From: Candidatus Gottesmanbacteria bacterium
GTDB lineage: Bacteria > Patescibacteriota > Microgenomatia > UBA10105 > UBA927
Direction of reading: 5' to 3'
Assembly: GCA_963714095.1 (NCBI GenBank)
Contig: OY970230.1
Location: 959,907 to 1,023,906, forward strand
Length of the DNA: 64,000 nucleotides
The translations under genes and the position numbers were made by a program. This document shows, piece by piece, positions 19,166 to 32,388 of the stretch (the first letter of the stretch is position 1; each line of letters opens with the position of its first letter). The notes beneath the pieces were generated by a model. It made no database searches. It saw only the letters and a list, made by a program, of their open reading frames with translations, and was not told the origin of the DNA.

Positions 19166-19713
19166 AGTTTGGTCAGATAATCAAAACATTTAAGAGTACA
19201 AAAGGTAACACCGTGGTATTCCGCTATCCGAAAAAATCGGATCTTGACGATATGCTTGCATTTGCAAACGATCTCATAGAAGAAGATACATTTGTGCTTT
19301 TAAGCGGGAAGAAACTGACTCGGGAAGAAGAAATAAAACATCTTAATGAAACACTGGCGGATATACAAAAAGGACGGAAGATTCATATTGCGGCGTTGGT
19401 CGGTGGACAGTATGCCGGAAACGCCGTTATCCGGATCGGGTTACTGCGGCATTCTCATGTCGGAGATGTGGGAATTTCTCTCTCCCGCGCATTTCGGGAT
19501 GAGGGCATCGGTACCGAGTTGTTAAAAACTATCATTCACGAAGGACGAGCTGCGGGATTGCGTCTGTTGACGATCAATTGTTTTGAGAACAATGACCGGG
19601 CTCTTCATGTATATAAAAAGGCCGGTTTTATACCAATAGGAATTATTCCCGGCGAAATTTTATATAAAGGTAAATATTACGGTGAAGTAAGGCTGTATAT
19701 GCCGCTTGTTTAG
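19162..19713 (+). CDS. GNAT N-acetyltransferase
   Basis: FRDEGIG, N.RA..VY.K.GF. Confidence 0.9.
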   Translation: MKFGQIIKTFKSTKGNTVVFRYPKKSDLDDMLAFANDLIEEDTFVLLSGKKLTREEEIKHLNETLADIQKGRKIHIAALVGGQYAGNAVIRIGLLRHSHVGDVGISLSRAFRDEGIGTELLKTIIHEGRAAGLRLLTINCFENNDRALHVYKKAGFIPIGIIPGEILYKGKYYGEVRLYMPLV

Positions 19714-22205
<2,492 letters not shown>

Positions 22206-22206
22206 T

Positions 22207-23121
22207 ATGAAAGATTTTCTTCTGTTTTCCGGATCCAGTAACCAGCCGCTGGCCCGCGACGTGGCAAAACTTTTAAAAATTCCGCTGGGGAACGTAGATT
22301 TAACACGGTTTGCCGACGGAGAGCTGCGTCCGTGGATCCGGGAAGACGTGCGGGACAAAACGGTATGTGTGTTGGAGTCATTTTCGTACCCGATGGATGA
22401 ACACATCATGGAAATGGTACTTATGGGGGATGCAATCCGCAGGGGAGCACCGAAAACGATGGTTGCCGTGATTCCGTATTTTGGGTATGCCCGTCAGGAT
22501 AAACTTCACCGTCCGGGTGAGCCGGTCTCTGCGCGGGTCATCGCAAAATTTCTTGAAGTCAGTAAATACAAGGAAGTTATTACCGTGGACCTCCATAACG
22601 ACGCCATAGTCGGGTTTTTTCAGATTCCGGTGACACACGTATCTGCCCTTACCGTGCTTGCCGCGGAGATTAAACGCCTCCACATGACGAATACGGTTAT
22701 CGTTTCCCCGGATGTCGGAGGCACGAAACGCGCAAGGAATCTGGCGTACCTTTTGGATGTGCCGATGATTGTTATGGAAAAGAAACGCTCTCTGGACCGG
22801 CATGATACGAGTGAGTCGTTTCAAATAATAGGAGATGTCAGGGGAAAAACAGCTCTTATTATCGACGATATTATATCCACGGGCGGAACCATTGCCAACA
22901 GCGCCCAATCGCTTAGCCAAGCAGGGGCTACCTCCGTTCTTGTTTTTGCAACCCATGGGGTTCTGGCGGGTGATGCCAAAAAGAAACTGGAATCACCGCT
23001 GATTGATACTATTGTCATTACCGATACGATTAACGTTCCGAAAGATAAATTGTTTACTAAACTTCGGATAGTATCCATTGCCCCGATCCTTGCTGATGCT
23101 ATTTCGCAGGTAGTGCGGTAA
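22207..23121 (+). CDS. prs: ribose-phosphate pyrophosphokinase
   Basis: FADGE, YARQD, SPDVGG, IIDDIISTGGT. Confidence 0.97.
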   Translation: MKDFLLFSGSSNQPLARDVAKLLKIPLGNVDLTRFADGELRPWIREDVRDKTVCVLESFSYPMDEHIMEMVLMGDAIRRGAPKTMVAVIPYFGYARQDKLHRPGEPVSARVIAKFLEVSKYKEVITVDLHNDAIVGFFQIPVTHVSALTVLAAEIKRLHMTNTVIVSPDVGGTKRARNLAYLLDVPMIVMEKKRSLDRHDTSESFQIIGDVRGKTALIIDDIISTGGTIANSAQSLSQAGATSVLVFATHGVLAGDAKKKLESPLIDTIVITDTINVPKDKLFTKLRIVSIAPILADAISQVVR

Positions 23122-23134
23122 AATAAAGTCGCGT

Positions 23135-23737
23135 ATGAGCCGAATCCTTCCGAAAGCGGTCACAAAAGTTATTGAGTCGTTCCAGCGGCTGCCGGGGATC
23201 GGCCCCAAAACCGCGACACGGCTTGCGTTTTATTTACTGCACGTTCCCGAGGAAGAACTTGCTCAGTTTGCAAAAAATCTTACTGATTTGAAGGCAAATA
23301 CGGTGCTCTGTTCAATCTGCAAAAATATTGCTGAAGTTGATCCATGCACTATTTGCGCAAGTCCGTCGCGCGATCAGTCAATTATTTGCGTGGTTGAACA
23401 GCCGACGGATGTGCTTTCGATCGAGCGGACAGGAAAATTTAACGGCGTATACCACGTCCTTCATGGATCTATCGATCCGTTAAATAATATCGGTCCCGAT
23501 GAGTTATACATTGCGGATTTGCTGAAACGTGTTAAAAATGTGGAAGAAGTTATTCTTGCGATGAATCCGAATATGGAAGGAGAGGCAACGGCGATGTACT
23601 TAACCAAGCAGATAAAAACCCGTAATACGAACTGCGCCATCACGAGACTCGCCCATGGTTTGCCGGTCGGGGCGGATATCGAATATGCGGACGAAGTGAC
23701 GCTTTCGCGGGCGCTGGAGGGGCGGAGGCAATATTAG
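23135..23737 (+). CDS. recR: recombination mediator RecR
   Basis: LPGIGPKTA, C4 zinc finger, EGEATA. Confidence 0.97.
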   Translation: MSRILPKAVTKVIESFQRLPGIGPKTATRLAFYLLHVPEEELAQFAKNLTDLKANTVLCSICKNIAEVDPCTICASPSRDQSIICVVEQPTDVLSIERTGKFNGVYHVLHGSIDPLNNIGPDELYIADLLKRVKNVEEVILAMNPNMEGEATAMYLTKQIKTRNTNCAITRLAHGLPVGADIEYADEVTLSRALEGRRQY

Positions 23738-23739
23738 CT

Positions 23740-24045
23740 ATGATTACAAAAAAAGACGTGGAAAAAGTTTTGAAGAATATTCCTGATCCGGAGATCGGGG
23801 TGTCGTTGTGGGATTTGGGACTTGTTTACAATATTGATGTCGATAAAAAAACGGGTCGCGTAGAAATTCTTATGACACTTACAACGGTCGGATGTCCGTT
23901 ATTTGGACAGATTGCCGATCCTGTACGGCAAAACGTAGAGAAGCTAAGGGGTGTTAAGAAAGTCGTAGTAACCCTGACATTTGAGCCGCCTTGGACGGTA
24001 GACCGGATGAGTCGTAGCGCCAAGATGCAATTAGGTTTTTCCTAA
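23740..24045 (+). CDS. DUF59/SufT metal-sulfur cluster assembly factor
   Basis: DPEI..S..DLGLV, TLT..GCP, FEPPW. Confidence 0.92.
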   Translation: MITKKDVEKVLKNIPDPEIGVSLWDLGLVYNIDVDKKTGRVEILMTLTTVGCPLFGQIADPVRQNVEKLRGVKKVVVTLTFEPPWTVDRMSRSAKMQLGFS

Positions 24046-24050
24046 AAATT

Positions 24051-24521
24051 ATGGCAGGAGTTGCAAAACAAATAATCGGGTCATTTGAAGATATCGGCAA
24101 GGATATTGCTCATGAAGTGGCCAAAGTTCCAACCGATATTGCCGGCAAGGCGCTCGAGAGCCTGGGAACCAGCAGCCAAAAGGGGCAAAAGGGAAATCAA
24201 ATGACTGCGGCGGCTGCAGATGCGACAAAAAAATCAGAAGGGGCCCTCGGACAATTGGACCAAACCAAAGATCAAAAAGCAAAACAGGCGATTGCTAGGG
24301 AAGCACTTTCTCAGCTGGCAGGAAGGCCGAAACAAAAAGAACTTTCGGTTCGAGAAAAACAGGAACAGGAAGAAGCGCAAAAAGCAGAGGCGTTAAAAAA
24401 GCAGCAAGCCATGCAGATGGGACCGGCACCGATGATATCCAGTAAACCCAAGCGAGATAATTTGTACGGCATTAAACAAAAATCTAGTTCCGAAATGAGC
24501 AAGAACGCCCGGCAGGACTGA
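24051..24521 (+). CDS. hypothetical Q/K-rich protein
   Basis: 156-aa in-operon ORF. Confidence 0.7.
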   Translation: MAGVAKQIIGSFEDIGKDIAHEVAKVPTDIAGKALESLGTSSQKGQKGNQMTAAAADATKKSEGALGQLDQTKDQKAKQAIAREALSQLAGRPKQKELSVREKQEQEEAQKAEALKKQQAMQMGPAPMISSKPKRDNLYGIKQKSSSEMSKNARQD

Positions 24522-24539
24522 GTGTGAGATAATGAACCC

Positions 24540-25976
24540 ATGGAATTCAAGGTATATAATTCGCTTTCCAGGAGCGTAGAAATATTCAGACCAATCCATC
24601 CGCCGGATGTCGGCATGTATACGTGCGGCATGACGGTGTATGACTACGCGCATATCGGGCACGGCAGGAAATACGTCGGCGATGATATCCTGCGGCGGAC
24701 CCTTTCCCGTTTCGGATACAACGTGACACACGTACAAAACGTCACGGACGTCGGGCATCTGGTTTCCGATGAGGACGCGGGGGAAGACAAATTAGAAAAA
24801 GGTGCTAAAAAGCAGGGAAAAACAGTTTGGGAAGTCGCGGATTTTTTTACCAAGCATTTTTATGATTCGATGGACGCGTTGAATATTCTCCGGCCGACCA
24901 TTATCTGCAAGGCAACCGATCACATTCCCGAACAAATAGCGCTGGTAGCGCGGTTAGTTGATAAAGGGTTCGCCTACGATACGTCAGAGGCGGTCTATTT
25001 TGATGTATCGAAATTTCCTAAATATGAGTCGCTCTTCGGAAATCAGCAATTGGCCCAAAAACAAGTCGCTGTGCGCGAAGCCGTTCAAACAGGGGAACAT
25101 AAAAAACATGCTGCGGATTTTGCCTTGTGGTTTAAGAGGGTAGGGAGGTTTGCCGATCACTCCATGCACTGGCAAAGTCCCTGGGGAGACGGATTCCCCG
25201 GTTGGCACCTCGAGTGTTCGGCGATGAGTATGAAATATCTTGGCGAATCGTTTGATATCCATACCGGCGGGATTGATCACATACCCGTGCATCATCCGAA
25301 TGAAATAGCCCAGTCAGAAGCTGCCACAGGAAAGCCGTTTGTGCATTATTGGGTTCACTACGCATTTCTTATGGTTGACGGTAAAAAGATGAGTAAAAGC
25401 CTGGGAAATTTTTATACGATCGGGGATATTATCCAAAAAGGGTTTGATCCGGTTGCTCTCCGGTATTTTTATCTCACTGCACACTACCGGAAGCCGGAAA
25501 ATTTTACGTGGGAAGGGTTGACTGCCGCACAAAATTCCTTAAATGAGCTCCGGAAACAACTTGCGGTGATGAAAATGTCCCACAGAAATTCACTTTCAGC
25601 AGAAAAATTGGTGAAGGTTGAGGTGTATCGGAAACGTTTTGACGGTGCGCTTGCTGATGATATGAATACACCTGAGGCGCTCGCAGTAGTGTGGGAGGTC
25701 GTAAAAAGCAATATTCCCGCACCGGATAAATATGATGTACTTATTGATTTTGATGAAGTATTAGGATTGGGTTTAAATACCGTACAACTACCGGAATCAG
25801 AGACAGTTTCAATTTCCGATTTGTCTCCGCAGATTCAAGCGCTCTACGAAAAGCGGAACGCATTAAAAAAAGATAAAAAATTTGATGAGGCAGACGTAGT
25901 AAGAAGTGAAATTGGAAAAGAAGGTTTTATACTTGAAGATACCGCGTCCGGTACCGTCATTAAACAAAGGCAATAA
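24540..25976 (+). CDS. cysS: cysteine--tRNA ligase
   Basis: [24 protein letters not shown]. Confidence 0.98.
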   Translation: MEFKVYNSLSRSVEIFRPIHPPDVGMYTCGMTVYDYAHIGHGRKYVGDDILRRTLSRFGYNVTHVQNVTDVGHLVSDEDAGEDKLEKGAKKQGKTVWEVADFFTKHFYDSMDALNILRPTIICKATDHIPEQIALVARLVDKGFAYDTSEAVYFDVSKFPKYESLFGNQQLAQKQVAVREAVQTGEHKKHAADFALWFKRVGRFADHSMHWQSPWGDGFPGWHLECSAMSMKYLGESFDIHTGGIDHIPVHHPNEIAQSEAATGKPFVHYWVHYAFLMVDGKKMSKSLGNFYTIGDIIQKGFDPVALRYFYLTAHYRKPENFTWEGLTAAQNSLNELRKQLAVMKMSHRNSLSAEKLVKVEVYRKRFDGALADDMNTPEALAVVWEVVKSNIPAPDKYDVLIDFDEVLGLGLNTVQLPESETVSISDLSPQIQALYEKRNALKKDKKFDEADVVRSEIGKEGFILEDTASGTVIKQRQ

Positions 25977-25986
25977 AAAATTTCCG

Positions 25987-26376
25987 TTAAGGGGTGGTAA
26001 GCGTGACCGCCGTCAGAGCGTGACTTGCGACGTTAAATGTGGATGCCACAACTCCAACTGTGACGGTTTTTCCCGGTGACACTGATGAAAAATTAAAATC
26101 CACCGGAGCTGTGACTGTCCAATCACCCAAATTTTGCGGCGCACCTGCCAGATTGCTGGCAGCAAACTGCACGTTGATTACCTGAATTGTTCCTTTAGTT
26201 TCATTTACAGTGTTTACAATACCGGTCAGTTTGAGGGTGTTTTGGGTTCCTGCCTGCGCACGCACATCGTTAGAAGATCCGGCCGGGGTTGATTTATCCA
26301 GTATTGCAACAAGTGCAACAGCCATAAGAATCAGGATGAGGCTGCCGAAAATAAACACATTCGTTTTATTTTTCAT
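25987..26376 (-). CDS. membrane-anchored hypothetical protein (OB-like beta domain)
   Basis: N-terminal TM helix, DVRAQA linker, beta-rich domain. Confidence 0.7.
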   Translation of the reverse strand: MKNKTNVFIFGSLILILMAVALVAILDKSTPAGSSNDVRAQAGTQNTLKLTGIVNTVNETKGTIQVINVQFAASNLAGAPQNLGDWTVTAPVDFNFSSVSPGKTVTVGVVASTFNVASHALTAVTLTTP

Positions 26377-26436
26377 CTCTTATTCGCATTCTTCCATGCA
26401 GGAATGCATCTGTCAAGTCATGATACAATTGGGGTC

Positions 26437-27402
26437 ATGAAATCGTTTTGGCACAGGTTGCCTAGACCCATTTTAGCGCTTGCACCGATGGAAGATGTGA
26501 CTGATACGGTATTTCGGAGAATTGTTGCATCGTGCGCCTGCCCTACGGTTTTCTTTACGGAATTTACGAGCGTTGACGGATTATTTTCCCGCGGCAGGGA
26601 AGCCGTTATTCATCGTCTGGATTATACGGAAACCGAACGGCCGATTATCGCCCAGATTTGGGGTAATACGCCGGAGTTATTTTATAAAGCAGCGAAACTT
26701 ATTGCACAACTGAAATTCGACGGCGTGGATATCAATGCGGGTTGTCCGGAAAAAAATGTTACATCTCATGGCGGGGGAGCGTGTTTAATACAAGATCCAT
26801 CACTTACGAAAGAAATTATTCAGGCAACAAAAGAAGGCATCGGCGATCTCCCTGTCAGTGTAAAAACCCGTCTTGGGTACAAAAAGATTTCAGATGATTG
26901 GATACCGTTTTTACTCGAACAAAATTTAGATGCATTAACGATTCACGGACGCACAGCAGCCGAATTATCGAAAGTTCCGGCTCATTGGGATGAGATTAAA
27001 AAGGCAGTGTTGTTAAATAAAAAGATGAAAAATAATACGATTATTTTAGGGAACGGTGATGTGAAGGATTATGCCGATGCAGTGAAGAAATGTGAGGAGT
27101 ATGGCACCGACGGCGCGATGATTGGGAGGGGAATATTCCGTAATCTTTGGGCATTTGATCATGCCGGAGTATCGCATATGGAGAATCATCAGGAGATGCT
27201 GAAGATTATGCGGGAACATATGAAGCTTTTCGGAGAAACATGGGGCAACGGGAAAAACTTTGCAGTATTAAAAAAATTCTTTAAAATCTATGTGCAGGGG
27301 TTTCCGAATGCAAGTGAGATTCGGGAGCGCCTTATGGAGTCCGCAAATAGTGGAGAGGCAGAACAGGTTCTCCACGGGATCAGCGTTTCAGCTTCCGGAT
27401 AA
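26437..27402 (+). CDS. tRNA-dihydrouridine synthase
   Basis: LAPM.DVTD, DINAGCP, SVKTR, IHGRT, GNGD. Confidence 0.95.
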   Translation: MKSFWHRLPRPILALAPMEDVTDTVFRRIVASCACPTVFFTEFTSVDGLFSRGREAVIHRLDYTETERPIIAQIWGNTPELFYKAAKLIAQLKFDGVDINAGCPEKNVTSHGGGACLIQDPSLTKEIIQATKEGIGDLPVSVKTRLGYKKISDDWIPFLLEQNLDALTIHGRTAAELSKVPAHWDEIKKAVLLNKKMKNNTIILGNGDVKDYADAVKKCEEYGTDGAMIGRGIFRNLWAFDHAGVSHMENHQEMLKIMREHMKLFGETWGNGKNFAVLKKFFKIYVQGFPNASEIRERLMESANSGEAEQVLHGISVSASG

Positions 27403-27757
27403 GCTGTTCAAGCTTCACGAGCGTTTGGTCGCTTACACCGTGTTCAAGTGCCTCAATATCGTGTTCAATAATATGCTCAGGTAACTTCAGGATGTGTAAG
27501 AACTCAGAGAGTATTTCATGGCGTTTCCGGATCCCGCGCCCGACAGATCTTCCTTTGGGGGTGAGCGTGAATCCCCGATAACGCTCGCGGACAATATGTC
27601 CCGATTGTTCGAGTTTTTTCAGCATCATGGTTACGGATGCAGGTGCCACATGAAGCCGCTGTGCCATATCCGTGACGCGCGCATATCCTTTTTCGTCAAG
27701 CAGTTCGCAGATGCGCTCAAGATAATCTTCATGTGGTATCGTCAGTGGTTTGGTCAT
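27380..27757 (-). CDS. mntR: DtxR/MntR-family Mn-dependent regulator
   Basis: EDYLE.I, SVT.M...L, RHE.L..FL, EH. Confidence 0.88.
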   Translation of the reverse strand: MTKPLTIPHEDYLERICELLDEKGYARVTDMAQRLHVAPASVTMMLKKLEQSGHIVRERYRGFTLTPKGRSVGRGIRKRHEILSEFLHILKLPEHIIEHDIEALEHGVSDQTLVKLEQLIRKLKR

Positions 27758-27765
27758 TGATCGTA

Positions 27766-29061
27766 TTATAGAACGTTTATTACTGTTGCTATAAGCCAGA
27801 TATTTAAGACTGTGATGATAAGGGTGACGGTCCAACTGAGGTATTTGAGTACGGCGCCGTTTACGAATTGTCCCATGTATTTTCGTTCATTCGTAAATTG
27901 AACGAGCGGAATTACGGCAAACGGCAGTTGCATACTTAAGACAACCTGGCTGAAGATGAGTAATTTCGCGAGTCCGTGTGCGCCATACAACCCTACGATA
28001 ATGAGTGCCGGGATTATAGCAAGTAATCGGGTGAGTAGCCTTCGTTGCCAGGGTTTCAGGTGAATATCCACAAACCCCTCCATGACGACCTGACCGGCAA
28101 GCGTACCGGTAAGGGTAGAATTGTGACCGCTGGCTAAAAGTGCAACGGCGAACATGATGCTTGCAAGACCTGTCCCCAATAGCGGAGTCAGAAGTTTGTA
28201 GGCTTGCTGGATTTCTGCGACAGTCGCCATGCCGCGGGTAAAAAATGTAGCTGCGGAAACGATAAGGATCGCGCTATTGACGAGTGTTGCCATAATGAGT
28301 GCGATATTTGAATCAATGGTCGCATACGCGATCGCTTCTTTTTTATGAAAATTTGTATTTTTAAAATCGCGGCTCTGAACGAGCGCCGAGTGGAGGTATA
28401 GATTGTGCGGCATGACGGTTGCGCCCAGTATACCGATAGCGATATAGAGCATATCACGGTTCGTGATGAGTTGCATGGTGGGGATATACCCCGTCAACAG
28501 TGCGTTTATTACCGGATGTGACAGGAGTATTTCTATGCCGAAGCTTGCGATAATGACGGCAATGAGTGTGATAACAACGGCCTCCAGATATCGTATGCCT
28601 TTGTGTTGTAAAAAAAGAAGCAAGAGCGTGTCAAAGGCGGTTATGATGACCCCGATAATAATCGGCAGATGGAACAGGAGGTTGAGGGCTATGGCGCTCC
28701 CGATGACTTCCGCCAGATCACATGCGGTGATGGCTATTTCTGCCATAATCCATAAGAACCGGCGGATAGGCTTTGGATAATGATCGTGGCATGCTTGGGC
28801 CAAATCCTTGCCTGTGACGATGCCGAGTTTCAGCGCCAGGTGTTGGAGAAGCATTGCCATCAGCCCCGATATAAGTACGACAGACAGTAATGTATAGCCG
28901 AACCGCGATCCGCCGGCCAAGTCCGTTGCCCAATTGCCGGGGTCCATATAGCCCACAGCAATAAGGTAACCCGGGCCGGCAAACGCAAGGAATTTGCGCC
29001 ATTTTGAGAATTCCTTCAGAATCGGAATGGTTCTGTGAATTTCCTCCAAACTCTTGCGCAT
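27766..29061 (-). CDS. mntH: Nramp Mn2+/Fe2+ transporter
   Basis: GYMDPGNW, MPHNLYLHS, GQVVMEGF. Confidence 0.97.
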   Translation of the reverse strand: MRKSLEEIHRTIPILKEFSKWRKFLAFAGPGYLIAVGYMDPGNWATDLAGGSRFGYTLLSVVLISGLMAMLLQHLALKLGIVTGKDLAQACHDHYPKPIRRFLWIMAEIAITACDLAEVIGSAIALNLLFHLPIIIGVIITAFDTLLLLFLQHKGIRYLEAVVITLIAVIIASFGIEILLSHPVINALLTGYIPTMQLITNRDMLYIAIGILGATVMPHNLYLHSALVQSRDFKNTNFHKKEAIAYATIDSNIALIMATLVNSAILIVSAATFFTRGMATVAEIQQAYKLLTPLLGTGLASIMFAVALLASGHNSTLTGTLAGQVVMEGFVDIHLKPWQRRLLTRLLAIIPALIIVGLYGAHGLAKLLIFSQVVLSMQLPFAVIPLVQFTNERKYMGQFVNGAVLKYLSWTVTLIITVLNIWLIATVINVL

Positions 29062-29067
29062 AGATAG

Positions 29068-29106
29068 AGTTTACCCCATCTAACATTTTTAGTCGAGGTT
29101 AAAAAT
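29068..29106. promoter_or_regulatory. candidate tandem MntR boxes
   Basis: ATTTTTA-gtcgaggt-TAAAAAT (29085-29106) plus weaker TTTA-ccccatc-TAAC just upstream of mntH start. Confidence 0.45.
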
Positions 29107-29131
29107 AGCACCGCGTGATACAATCGATTTG

Positions 29132-29698
29132 ATGAGCGGTAACAAAAGCAAAGGACTCCCACGGATTTTTTATATGTCTGTCCGGCGGCTTATTCCAATT
29201 GCTGATCGATTGGATGCAGACCGGATTATTTGTGATAAAGTGATGAACCGGCCCGAGTGGCAAAAGGCAGAAACAATCTGCCTTTACATGTCTACACCGG
29301 AAGAGGTTGATACGAAGCCATTATTAGCTGCAGCGTTGACAGTCGGGAAACGGGTAGTTTTTCCGCGAGTCGATGAAGAACGTTTAGTTCTTCATCAGGT
29401 CCGGTCGGTTAAAGATTTTACCTGCGGCATATATAAAATCCTTGAACCTAAGAAATCGACTCCAGTTGTTAGTCCGAAATCCGTTGATCTTTTTATCGTT
29501 CCGGGTATTACGTTCGACTGGGAAGGGTACCGGATGGGTTATGGGAAGGGATATTATGACAGATTACTTGCGGGCCTCGACGCGCCTAAAATCGGTCTGG
29601 CGTATGCAATACAAATGGTTGCACAAGTTGCGCGCTCGTCGTATGATGTTCCGATGACAATGGTTATTACGGAGGAGGAAATCATATGCCGGCAGTAA
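29132..29698 (+). CDS. 5-formyltetrahydrofolate cyclo-ligase
   Basis: EVDT, ILEP, VPG..FD..G.RMGYGKGYYDR. Confidence 0.95.
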   Translation: MSGNKSKGLPRIFYMSVRRLIPIADRLDADRIICDKVMNRPEWQKAETICLYMSTPEEVDTKPLLAAALTVGKRVVFPRVDEERLVLHQVRSVKDFTCGIYKILEPKKSTPVVSPKSVDLFIVPGITFDWEGYRMGYGKGYYDRLLAGLDAPKIGLAYAIQMVAQVARSSYDVPMTMVITEEEIICRQ

Positions 29699-30642
29699 AA
29701 CACACGCATCCCGAATATCAGTATCTGGATCTTATGGACGACATCATGAAGCACGGCAAGTGGAAGGTGAGCCATTCTACGGGTGTAAAGCTTAAAAGTG
29801 TGTTCGGACGCATCTGCCGGTATGATCTCTCAAAGGGTTTACCGGTTCTTACAACGAAAAAAGTATTTACCCGCGGTATTATTTACGAGCTTCTGTGGTT
29901 TCTTTCTGGGTCCAGCAATATTAAATATTTACTGGATAATAACGTGCATATCTGGGATGAATGGGCGTACAAAAAATATGAGTGGGCGGTTGCGGAGCAT
30001 AAAGCCAAGGCCATGACGTTCGAAGCTTTTATGGAGAAGGCAAAAACTGATTCAGAATTTTTGAAAAAATGGGGAGAGTTGGGGCCGGTGTACGGCGTGC
30101 AGTGGCGAAAATGGCCTGTGAATCATACGCGAACTGTAGATCAGCTGGGATGGGCAATTGAGAAAATCAAAAAGTATCCGATGAAAAAGCATTATATTAT
30201 TTCAGCCTGGAATGCCGGATGCATTTATGAGATGAGCGGGTCACATAGCGCCAGCATGGTAATCGCACCGTGCCATACAATGTTCCATATTAATATCACC
30301 GGTGATAAATTATCGTTACTTTTGTACCAGCGCAGCGCCGATTTATTTTTAGGCGTGCCGTTTAATATCGCATCCTACGCACTTCTTACCATGATGCTGG
30401 CGCAGGTTACGGGATATAAGCCCGGCGAATTCGTTCATGTTTTTGGCGACGTGCATATTTATGAGAATCATTTAAAACAATGCCGAGAACAGCTTTCGCG
30501 TAAACCGCGCCCGTTTCCGAAAATGATCATCAATCCGAAAGTGAAAGAAATCGATGACTTCAAGTTTGAAGATTTCCAGCTGGTCGGGTACAACCCGCAC
30601 CCCCCGATTAAAGGGGATATCACTGTTGTCGGAGGATTTTAA
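29686..30642 (+). CDS. thyA: thymidylate synthase
   Basis: ELLWF, GPVYG.QWR, PCH, QRSAD..LGVPFN. Confidence 0.97.
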   Translation: MPAVKHTHPEYQYLDLMDDIMKHGKWKVSHSTGVKLKSVFGRICRYDLSKGLPVLTTKKVFTRGIIYELLWFLSGSSNIKYLLDNNVHIWDEWAYKKYEWAVAEHKAKAMTFEAFMEKAKTDSEFLKKWGELGPVYGVQWRKWPVNHTRTVDQLGWAIEKIKKYPMKKHYIISAWNAGCIYEMSGSHSASMVIAPCHTMFHINITGDKLSLLLYQRSADLFLGVPFNIASYALLTMMLAQVTGYKPGEFVHVFGDVHIYENHLKQCREQLSRKPRPFPKMIINPKVKEIDDFKFEDFQLVGYNPHPPIKGDITVVGGF

Positions 30643-31106
30643 TGCTGTCAATCATTGCGGTTATCGGCAAAAATAGAGAATTGGGAAAAGATAACGATTT
30701 GATCTGGCATTTGCCTGGCGACATGAAACGTTTCCGCCAGATTACCACCGGCCACCCGGTTATCATGGGCCGTAAAACCTTCGAGTCCATCGGCCGTCCT
30801 CTCCCAAATCGTTTAAATATTATTATATCCCATCAAAAAAATATAGCCGGTGTTACAGTTGTTCCCTCACTTGATGAAGCGATTGCCGTAGCTGGAAATG
30901 ATCCTGAAATTTTTATCATCGGCGGGGGATCTATCTATGCGCAAGCTATCGATAAGACTGACCGCCTTTATTTAACAATTGTTGACGCTACTGCCCCGGA
31001 GGCCGACATCTTTTTCCCTGACTACTCACGGTTTACAAAAGTAATTGAAGAAACCCTGCAGGAAGAGAACGGAATCAATTTTACATACCGTACCCTCGAA
31101 CCATGA
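30642..31106 (+). CDS. folA: dihydrofolate reductase
   Basis: W.LPGD, MGRKTFESI.RPLP.R, IIGGG. Confidence 0.97.
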   Translation: MLSIIAVIGKNRELGKDNDLIWHLPGDMKRFRQITTGHPVIMGRKTFESIGRPLPNRLNIIISHQKNIAGVTVVPSLDEAIAVAGNDPEIFIIGGGSIYAQAIDKTDRLYLTIVDATAPEADIFFPDYSRFTKVIEETLQEENGINFTYRTLEP

Positions 31107-31708
31107 TCAACCAGAATTTCGTCATCGTCGGATTTATTTTAAATCTTATCGGGGGCGCGAGTTATTTCATTGATACCGTTAAAGGCAAAATTCAGCCGAA
31201 CCGCGTCACGTGGTTTCTTTGGGTTCTAGCGCCGCTTATTGCATTTACGGCTGAAATAAAGCAAGGTGTTGGCATACAGTCGCTTATGACGCTCGGCGTT
31301 GGTTTATCCCCGGCATTTATTTTCGCTGCATCGTTTTATAATAAAAAAGCTGTATGGAAATTAAAACGTTTTGACTATATATGCGGAGTTTTTTCATTGA
31401 TTGGACTATTGCTGTGGTATATAACGAAAATCGGAAATATTGCGATACTATTTAGCCTTCTTGCTGATGCGTTGGCTTCAGTTCCGACAATTGTAAAATC
31501 ATATACCCATCCGGAGTCAGAAAGTTATATTGAATTTCTCTTCGCTTTTTTCAGCGCTGTTCTAACAGTACTGACTATACGGTTATGGAATTTTGCGACA
31601 TATGCATTTCCGATATACATACTCTGTATTAACGCTGTTTGCGTTATTCTTATAAAATTTCGTTTGGGAAAACGCAGAAAAAATATTCGTCTTGACAATC
31701 TAATTTAG
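31103..31708 (+). CDS. multi-pass membrane protein (PQ-loop-like)
   Basis: about 7 hydrophobic segments, PN..TW..W, PT..K. Confidence 0.7.
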   Translation: MINQNFVIVGFILNLIGGASYFIDTVKGKIQPNRVTWFLWVLAPLIAFTAEIKQGVGIQSLMTLGVGLSPAFIFAASFYNKKAVWKLKRFDYICGVFSLIGLLLWYITKIGNIAILFSLLADALASVPTIVKSYTHPESESYIEFLFAFFSAVLTVLTIRLWNFATYAFPIYILCINAVCVILIKFRLGKRRKNIRLDNLI

Positions 31709-31726
31709 CTCGATATACTGCTCCAC

Positions 31727-32362
31727 ATGGTGAATCGTGCGGAATGCCGGGAGACTCAACCCGATGTGATTAATAAACTTTATACGATGCCCTACGAATT
31801 TGTTCCGCGGGCATCCCTTCTTCATGCTATTGGATTTGCCGCGGATGATTGCGGGGAACAGTATATTTCAATGAACATGTTAAACAGGGTGCGGGTTAAA
31901 TTTCACAAAAGAGTGTTGAGTGTTTTGGGATCTGGCGGGGCGTGTTTGGTGCCCCACGATGCGCTTGCCGAATTTGAGATTACACATTTCCGGCCGATAC
32001 CGGAATCTGTGTATCACCTGCCGGAAAATCAACGCCGCGCATGTGAACTCATCTGGTCGCACGTGAAGCGTGTGAGTATAGTTGCAAGAAAAATAGGGGA
32101 GAAAATGATTGAAGAACTCCGACCGATGCCTACGGAAGAGAGTTATCAAACATTGGAAAAAGTTGTTCAGGCAATTACAGTATCAGCGCATCATAGTGTG
32201 GTATGGACAGATGTGATGTCGGGGGAGCCTATCGGAACAAGTGGTACTCAGTTTATTCAATCGATGAAGAGATTGAATGATTTTATGGCCGAAACACAAA
32301 TTCCTGTCCGTTTAAAACCGACGCATTTTGAGCCTTACCACTATGCATTTCGATGGATTTAG
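31727..32362 (+). CDS. hypothetical protein
   Basis: 211-aa ORF behind TTGACA-16-TATACT. Confidence 0.65.
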   Translation: MVNRAECRETQPDVINKLYTMPYEFVPRASLLHAIGFAADDCGEQYISMNMLNRVRVKFHKRVLSVLGSGGACLVPHDALAEFEITHFRPIPESVYHLPENQRRACELIWSHVKRVSIVARKIGEKMIEELRPMPTEESYQTLEKVVQAITVSAHHSVVWTDVMSGEPIGTSGTQFIQSMKRLNDFMAETQIPVRLKPTHFEPYHYAFRWI

Positions 32363-32388
32363 AATAAAAACTTTGTTACCATTAGCCT